A stretch of DNA of 35,106 bases from a virus: the IMG/VR virus record IMGVR_UViG_3300027909_000015; one strand, given 5' to 3'. This document shows, piece by piece, positions 30,657 through 35,106 of this stretch; the stretch's first letter is position 1, and every line of letters starts with the position of its first letter. A model generated the notes under the pieces. That model had not been told where the DNA came from and made no database searches. It worked only from the letters and a program-made list of their open reading frames with translations. A program made the translations under genes and the position numbers.

Positions 30657-32855
30657 TTACTCCCCCTCCGTAATTTCGACATCCATTTTGCGGCCATCAC
30701 TCCGGGTCATCTTCATCCGCTTCTTTTTCGGCTTCGCATCCCCGTTGCCTTTGGCGGCAGCGATGCGTTCGCGGCTCGCCATTTCCTCGCGCTGGAGCTG
30801 CGCTTCGAGTTCGGCAATGGCCATGTCGGTCGGATACTTGGCCCGGAGTTCCGCCATCCGCAGGACGATGTCCGCTTCCGCCTTGTCGCGTTCGCGGTCA
30901 TCGGTCAAGTGAATCGACTCCCGCTCCAAGGCCAATTCGGCTTCCTTCGTGGCGAGCTGGGCTTGCAAGTCGGCCATCTTCTGGGCGGCTTGTACTTGGT
31001 CGATCTGGAAATCCGCCTTTTGCTTTTCGAGCGCCGCCATCGACTTCTGCATCTCCGCTTGGGCCAAGACCATGTTCGGGTCGGGTTGCGGGGGAGCGGG
31101 GGGCGGTTGCCAGTCGAGCGGCACCGCCGAAAAGAACTTCGTGGTATCCCGGAAGCCCTGCAATTCGAGCAGGGTGGCGTAGGTGTGGCGGAGTTGCCCG
31201 ATCCCACAGAGGGGATTCGTCGGCCCGAGGAGTTGCAGGATTTGTTCCTGTTTCGCGGCGGTGGCGACCAAGACGCCAAGTTTTTCTTGCGTCCCGAGGG
31301 CGACGTTCACCGACACGTCCATTTCGGCGTCCCACGCCTTGGGATCGACAGGGACGTATTGATTCCTGAGCCGCACAATCCGGGGCGTGGGGTTGTGCTC
31401 GACCAAGAGTTGCAAAAGCCCCTTGAACAACTGCTTCATGCCCGTCCCGGCGAAGACGCGGGCGATCAGTTCCAGTTGCTCGGAGGCGGCTTGCACCGTC
31501 GCCTTGACGCCGACTTCGGGCGTGGACTGCAAGGCATCGGGATCGAGGGTCGCGGGCATGGGGCCGACCCGTTGCTGCTTGACGCCATCCAAGACGCCGA
31601 GGAGGGGAATCAATTCCGCCCCAATGAACTCGTGCTTCAGTTCCATCAGCACGGTGCCAGGGGGTTGATAGGTGCGAATCCGCCGACTCGTCGCGGAGGA
31701 CGACAGATCAGCGGCGTTGACCTCGCCTTCCTGATAGACTTCATCCGGGTCCACCGCTTTGGAGGCGGAATCGTTGATGGCGCGGAGGATCATGCTCTTG
31801 ATCTTCTGCAAATCCCCCACGCGGTCCTTGATACTCTGCCCAATCAGGACGTGCGGTTCGGGATCGGGGCAGAAAAAGGCAAACGGACGGTCGGCGACGG
31901 GTTCCGGGTCGCCCACGAGATGGAGTCCGGGGCCCAAGCACCGGCATTTGACCAATTCCGCTTCCCCGTCGCCGTCGATATCGAGATACGGGTAGGCTTC
32001 GACCCACGAATGGCGTTCGGCGGCTGCATCGGTGGCGGGTTGGGTCGTGACGATGCCTCGCCGGGCCACTTCTTCGACGTTTTGCTGCACCTCGGAGGCC
32101 CCGCCGCCGTATTGGTCGATCTCGGCGGCGGGGACGCCCATCGCGATCAGTTCCCCACGCGTTTTTTCGGTGCGGTGGGCGATCAAACTCGCGTCTTCCC
32201 GGTTTCGCGCGTCCCGGGAGATCAAGATTTCCTCCGGCGGGGCGCACATGATCCGGGCGACGCCTTCGCGGCGCCACTGTTTGTAGGTCACATCCCGGAA
32301 GGTGACCCCGTCCTCGATGATTTCCTTGACCTCGGTGACCTCCACATCCGGGGAGGACACCAGCGCCTCGAATTGGAGCACGTCTAAGCGGGAGCCCGTG
32401 TAGGTTTTGTAGGTGGAGCGGTCTTCCCACCAGTATTTGATGGTGCCGAGCTTCCTGACCAAGGCATCTTTCCACGCCGAGAACAGTTCAAGGAAGCCGT
32501 TGTTGTCCTGATCCAAGACGACTTCGTTCACAAACTCGGTCGCTTGGTCCGCTAAGGCCACGGCGCGCCCGATTTCGGCCTCACTCTTGGGCCGGGGCTG
32601 GTATTCGACCACATGGCCGGAGGTGGGGAAGAACATCCGCACGAGACTCGGGAGCATGGCGAGGACGGTATCCCGCACATCGGTCAAGACGATCTGTGAG
32701 CGTCCGACGATTTCGTTGCCGAACGGGGCGCCTTGGTAGTATTTCGTCGCCTCCGCTCTGGCGGGGGACAGCGTGCCATCGACGTAGGTCGTGGCGTCAT
32801 CCACCAGGGCGGCGACGGCGGCTTGGATTTCGCCGTTCGACAATTTCTCAGCCAC
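30657..32855 (-). CDS. Portal protein with a C-terminal coiled-coil barrel, 732 aa
   Basis: Track ORF directly after terL. The N-terminal pattern A..YY.G.PFGNE..GRS..V..DVRD.V...LP.L.R.F matches podovirus (P22-like) portals. The last roughly 130 aa are heptad-like and charged. Confidence 0.85.
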   Translation of the reverse strand: MAEKLSNGEIQAAVAALVDDATTYVDGTLSPARAEATKYYQGAPFGNEIVGRSQIVLTDVRDTVLAMLPSLVRMFFPTSGHVVEYQPRPKSEAEIGRAVALADQATEFVNEVVLDQDNNGFLELFSAWKDALVRKLGTIKYWWEDRSTYKTYTGSRLDVLQFEALVSSPDVEVTEVKEIIEDGVTFRDVTYKQWRREGVARIMCAPPEEILISRDARNREDASLIAHRTEKTRGELIAMGVPAAEIDQYGGGASEVQQNVEEVARRGIVTTQPATDAAAERHSWVEAYPYLDIDGDGEAELVKCRCLGPGLHLVGDPEPVADRPFAFFCPDPEPHVLIGQSIKDRVGDLQKIKSMILRAINDSASKAVDPDEVYQEGEVNAADLSSSATSRRIRTYQPPGTVLMELKHEFIGAELIPLLGVLDGVKQQRVGPMPATLDPDALQSTPEVGVKATVQAASEQLELIARVFAGTGMKQLFKGLLQLLVEHNPTPRIVRLRNQYVPVDPKAWDAEMDVSVNVALGTQEKLGVLVATAAKQEQILQLLGPTNPLCGIGQLRHTYATLLELQGFRDTTKFFSAVPLDWQPPPAPPQPDPNMVLAQAEMQKSMAALEKQKADFQIDQVQAAQKMADLQAQLATKEAELALERESIHLTDDRERDKAEADIVLRMAELRAKYPTDMAIAELEAQLQREEMASRERIAAAKGNGDAKPKKKRMKMTRSDGRKMDVEITEGE

Positions 32856-32858
32856 GGC

Positions 32859-34340
32859 TCACCATGTAGAGACGAGTTTGCGTTCGACGGGTTTGCCGCC
32901 CGTCCTGTCGAGGCTCCGGGCCAGCATGGCGGCTTCGCTCGCGAACGTCAGGACAAACGCATCCGCTAAGTCCGGGCTATGGACTTGGGTCTTGGGGTTC
33001 ATCTTGATTTTCCCGGAGCGGGGCTGGAAGTCGTACTTCTCTTGGGTCAACTCGCGCACCAGGTCGTCGCCGTCCTTGGCGTTCTTGTAGGACTCGGGGA
33101 GCTTGACGTTGCGGTTGGCGAACCACTCTTTGGCCTTGTGCCAGAGCTCCGTCCGCAAGTCTTGGTACTTCTCCTGATTTTGCAGGGCCGGGAGTTCGGA
33201 GACGTTGATGTCCTTCGCCGGGAGCCCGAGTTGTCTGAGCCGATCCGCCACGCCGCCACCGACGCCGATGGCATCAACTAAAATACCCACCGGCCTAAGC
33301 CAATCTGGCGTTGTATCCCACTCACGCTGGACGCGGGCTGCGATTTCCATGGTATCCAGCTTCGCCCAGGAACGCACTGGCTCGAGGAGTTGAAGGCCCT
33401 GTCTTTTTGCAAGCGCGGAACGGTTGGACCCAAATCGAGCACAGTCCAAGCCCCAGACAACAGGGACCGTCCGATGTACCACCACGTCGCGAGTAAGAGC
33501 CGGTTCCACCAAGTCGAAGGGAATGAGCACATCGTCTTCGCTGACGGGAAACTCCCCGAGGACCCGGACTCGATAGCGATTCGTATGACGCCCACCGGAC
33601 GCATGTTCCTCTCCTAAGGCATAGGGGTCGGTCTCCAAGTCCACGAGTTCGCCGCGCGAGACATGCCGGGGCCACCAATCCGCTTTCAAGCGGTTGTGGC
33701 TATCATAGAAGAAGCCCGAGGCACGAATGGGATTCCCTGCGAGAATCGCCAACGGATGGGGGCCGGTGAGGGAGGATTGGGCGGCTTCCCAGACCGAATC
33801 CGCGACGCCCGAGGCTTCGTCGGCGATGACCATTTCCCACTCGGCATGAAGGCCGGAGAGGGCTTCCGGTTGTTCGGCGCGGGCGGTCTTGATACTAATG
33901 AAGGACTCGCTCCGGGCGGCGACGAGTTCCGCCACGTCGGACTTGATTTCGACGAGCCCCTTCAAGGCTTTGGGCAACCGCTTACTCCACGTCTCGAACT
34001 CCGCCCACAGCGCCCCGAAGAGCTGCTTCTCCGAGGGCGCCGTGACGGCGGTTTTCTGCGGGAAGCGAAAGAGAATCCGATGCCAGAGGATCCACGCGAG
34101 GAGGGTGGTCTTGCCGACCCCATGACCGGAGCGGATCGAAATCCGGGAGTTCGCCCGCGAGAGTCCGGCCCGGTCGTAAGCCGCTAAGGCTTCCCGTTGC
34201 CACGGGTAGATATCCTTGCCTTCCGCCGCTTCATCCGTGTTGGGGAAGTTCAAGACCTCCCTTACGAAAAGCTCGGCGTGCGACTGATACCGGCGCCGAA
34301 ACTCTAAAAAGGGGTTCTCCACGGGGGCTTGCGGGTTCAC
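32859..34340 (-). CDS. terL: Terminase large subunit, 493 aa
   Basis: In the frame of track ORF 32859-34649. GTG 34340 is preceded by GGGAG with a 6-nt spacer. It has Walker A SGHGVGKTT, Walker B MVIADEA, and a C-terminal RNaseH-like nuclease half. The upstream 103 codons in the track are Arg/Gly junk. Confidence 0.9.
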   Translation of the reverse strand: MNPQAPVENPFLEFRRRYQSHAELFVREVLNFPNTDEAAEGKDIYPWQREALAAYDRAGLSRANSRISIRSGHGVGKTTLLAWILWHRILFRFPQKTAVTAPSEKQLFGALWAEFETWSKRLPKALKGLVEIKSDVAELVAARSESFISIKTARAEQPEALSGLHAEWEMVIADEASGVADSVWEAAQSSLTGPHPLAILAGNPIRASGFFYDSHNRLKADWWPRHVSRGELVDLETDPYALGEEHASGGRHTNRYRVRVLGEFPVSEDDVLIPFDLVEPALTRDVVVHRTVPVVWGLDCARFGSNRSALAKRQGLQLLEPVRSWAKLDTMEIAARVQREWDTTPDWLRPVGILVDAIGVGGGVADRLRQLGLPAKDINVSELPALQNQEKYQDLRTELWHKAKEWFANRNVKLPESYKNAKDGDDLVRELTQEKYDFQPRSGKIKMNPKTQVHSPDLADAFVLTFASEAAMLARSLDRTGGKPVERKLVSTW

Positions 34341-34872
34341 CCGAGACTCCCATATTGGGGGCTGTGACCTCGTGGTGTATCGCCCCCGCTTGTGCCTCCC
34401 GGCCCGCCTGCGTCCGCTCTGGAAAGTGTGTCCTCCATTGCGGCTGCACCGACTGTGACCACTGCGGCACCGCCTACGCCTCCCGCGTCGCCGGAGGGCC
34501 GACTCTGACAACCCCGGCCACCCACGCCCCGTCCACGGTGAAATAGCCAGAAACGCCCCCGCTGGCCGCGCCGATCCCCGGAGTGCCCAACCTCCACCGA
34601 TCCTGCTGCGCGTCGTAGCACCGTGTCCCGGCAAATGGTCGTCATGCACAGGCTAGGCGCCGTGTGCGGAAAGAAACGACCCCCGGCTTGGCGATTCCCA
34701 AAAATCCCATCCGTACTACGGGGGTATCCCACGCCTTGCCGTCTCACCTTGCTACACCCCCTCCAGCACAGCCAAAAAAAATCCAGGACGGTACGTGCAG
34801 AGTCACCCGCGTGCGCCTGGTGGGGGGCCTTAAGAACTGAGGGGGGGTCATGTGAAGCTGGGAGGCTGTAAG
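34341..34872. other. Atypical 532-bp spacer between terS and terL (coding status unresolved)
   Basis: By eye it has lower and uneven GC and contains an A8 run (34774-34781) and G6/G7 runs. The only spanning ORF is 34337-34876 (minus strand, 179 aa, Gly/Arg-rich, weak third-position GC bias). A Cys-rich plus-strand ORF at 34355-34546 has genome-typical third-position GC. Confidence 0.5.
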
Positions 34873-35106
34873 TCATTGTGAGGCCACACCTTCACTAGCT
34901 GCAACATCCTGCATGGCATTCTGCACTGCAAGTTCTTGCGTTCCACACGTGAGAGGCGTAGTCACTGCCTCACTGCCCGCAGGGCTCGTAGCAGGCATGA
35001 GCGCCAACTGTCCAGTCTGACCTAAGGCGACAGCCAAGGGGACAGAGGCTTCGATCATGCGGTGACGCAGGCTTTCCAAGTGCAGGCTATCCACGTTGAC
35101 TTGGAC
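34873..35106 (-). CDS. terS: Terminase small subunit, C-terminal part (34980-35106 duplicates 1-127)
   Basis: Track ORF 34873-35094 (..DSLHLESLRHRMIEASVPLAV..) is the in-frame continuation of the ORF that leaves the window at position 1. Confidence 0.7.
   Translation of the reverse strand, partial: VQVNVDSLHLESLRHRMIEASVPLAVALGQTGQLALMPATSPAGSEAVTTPLTCGTQELAVQNAMQDVAASEGVASQ
34980..35106. repeat. Terminal direct repeat copy B, identical to 1-127
   Basis: Same 127-nt string as the window start. It lies inside the terS reading frame. Confidence 0.95.

Noticed and set aside
25522-32387. Very long plus-strand ORFs (25522-26943, 473 aa; 29042-30673, 543 aa; 30468-32387, 639 aa), and similar minus-strand ones at 5964-7146.
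   Set aside because: They are Arg/Gly/Pro/His-rich low-complexity translations lying antisense to clearly recognisable genes (capsid, portal, methyltransferase). They are shadow ORFs of a GC-rich genome.
34341-34649. The N-terminal 103-codon extension of terL given by the ORF track (start at 34649).
   Set aside because: The extension is Arg/Gly-rich junk (..RRRGRRRRCRSGHSRCSRNGG..). GTG 34340 has a GGGAG ribosome-binding site, and the conserved terminase sequence begins right after it.
1-35106. Genome-wide reassignment of TAG (amber read as an amino acid), as in some recoded phages.
   Set aside because: Several TAG codons terminate genes whose successors start out of frame, overlapping or adjacent (2445, 2894, 811, 14612, 21120, 27686). 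No recognisable gene is split by an in-frame TAG. Only local read-through at TAGGAG junctions remains open, and that is reported as a finding.

Overview
The window reads as a complete, circularly closed genome of a GC-rich, tail-less-tube (podovirus-like) dsDNA phage. Bases 1-127 are identical to 34980-35106, so the unique length is about 34,979 bp, and the small-terminase gene only becomes a whole ORF when the ends are joined. About 27.5 kb runs on the minus strand as one long array. It starts at a divergent control region near 4.9 kb, passes through the coordinate origin, and ends at 12.4 kb. In order it carries: an RHH regulator, small Zn-ribbon and membrane ORFs, an SSB-like protein, a wHTH protein, terS, terL, portal, a block of unknown virion genes, scaffold, major capsid, an Endo VII homing cassette, a glycosyltransferase, adaptor, LamG protein, fibre, nozzle-like protein, pectate-lyase-type tailspike, three Gly/Gln/Ala-rich internal-virion-type proteins, and a lysis cassette. 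A 7.2 kb plus-strand early or accessory operon (4939-12164) encodes an orphan N6-adenine methyltransferase, two paralogous HNH endonucleases, a NinG/DUF968-like protein and many small ORFs. Most genes are joined by ATGA/GTGA/TAATG overlaps, so many real genes are below the 60-aa cutoff of the ORF track, and many track starts are too far upstream. I recognised no integrase, DNA polymerase, primase or helicase, tRNA or CRISPR array. The observations most worth follow-up are: a stand-alone CheY-like receiver inside the lysis cassette; a GT-A glycosyltransferase in the virion module, interrupted upstream by an Endo VII cassette that duplicated the GT 5' end; two structural genes with no canonical start (ATC after AGGAGG, or in-frame TAG read-through); an atypical 532-bp terS-terL spacer; a thrice-repeated gene-junction cassette; a 72-bp tandem-repeat virion protein; and two homopolymer frameshifts. 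All functional calls come from motif recognition by eye; no searches were run.
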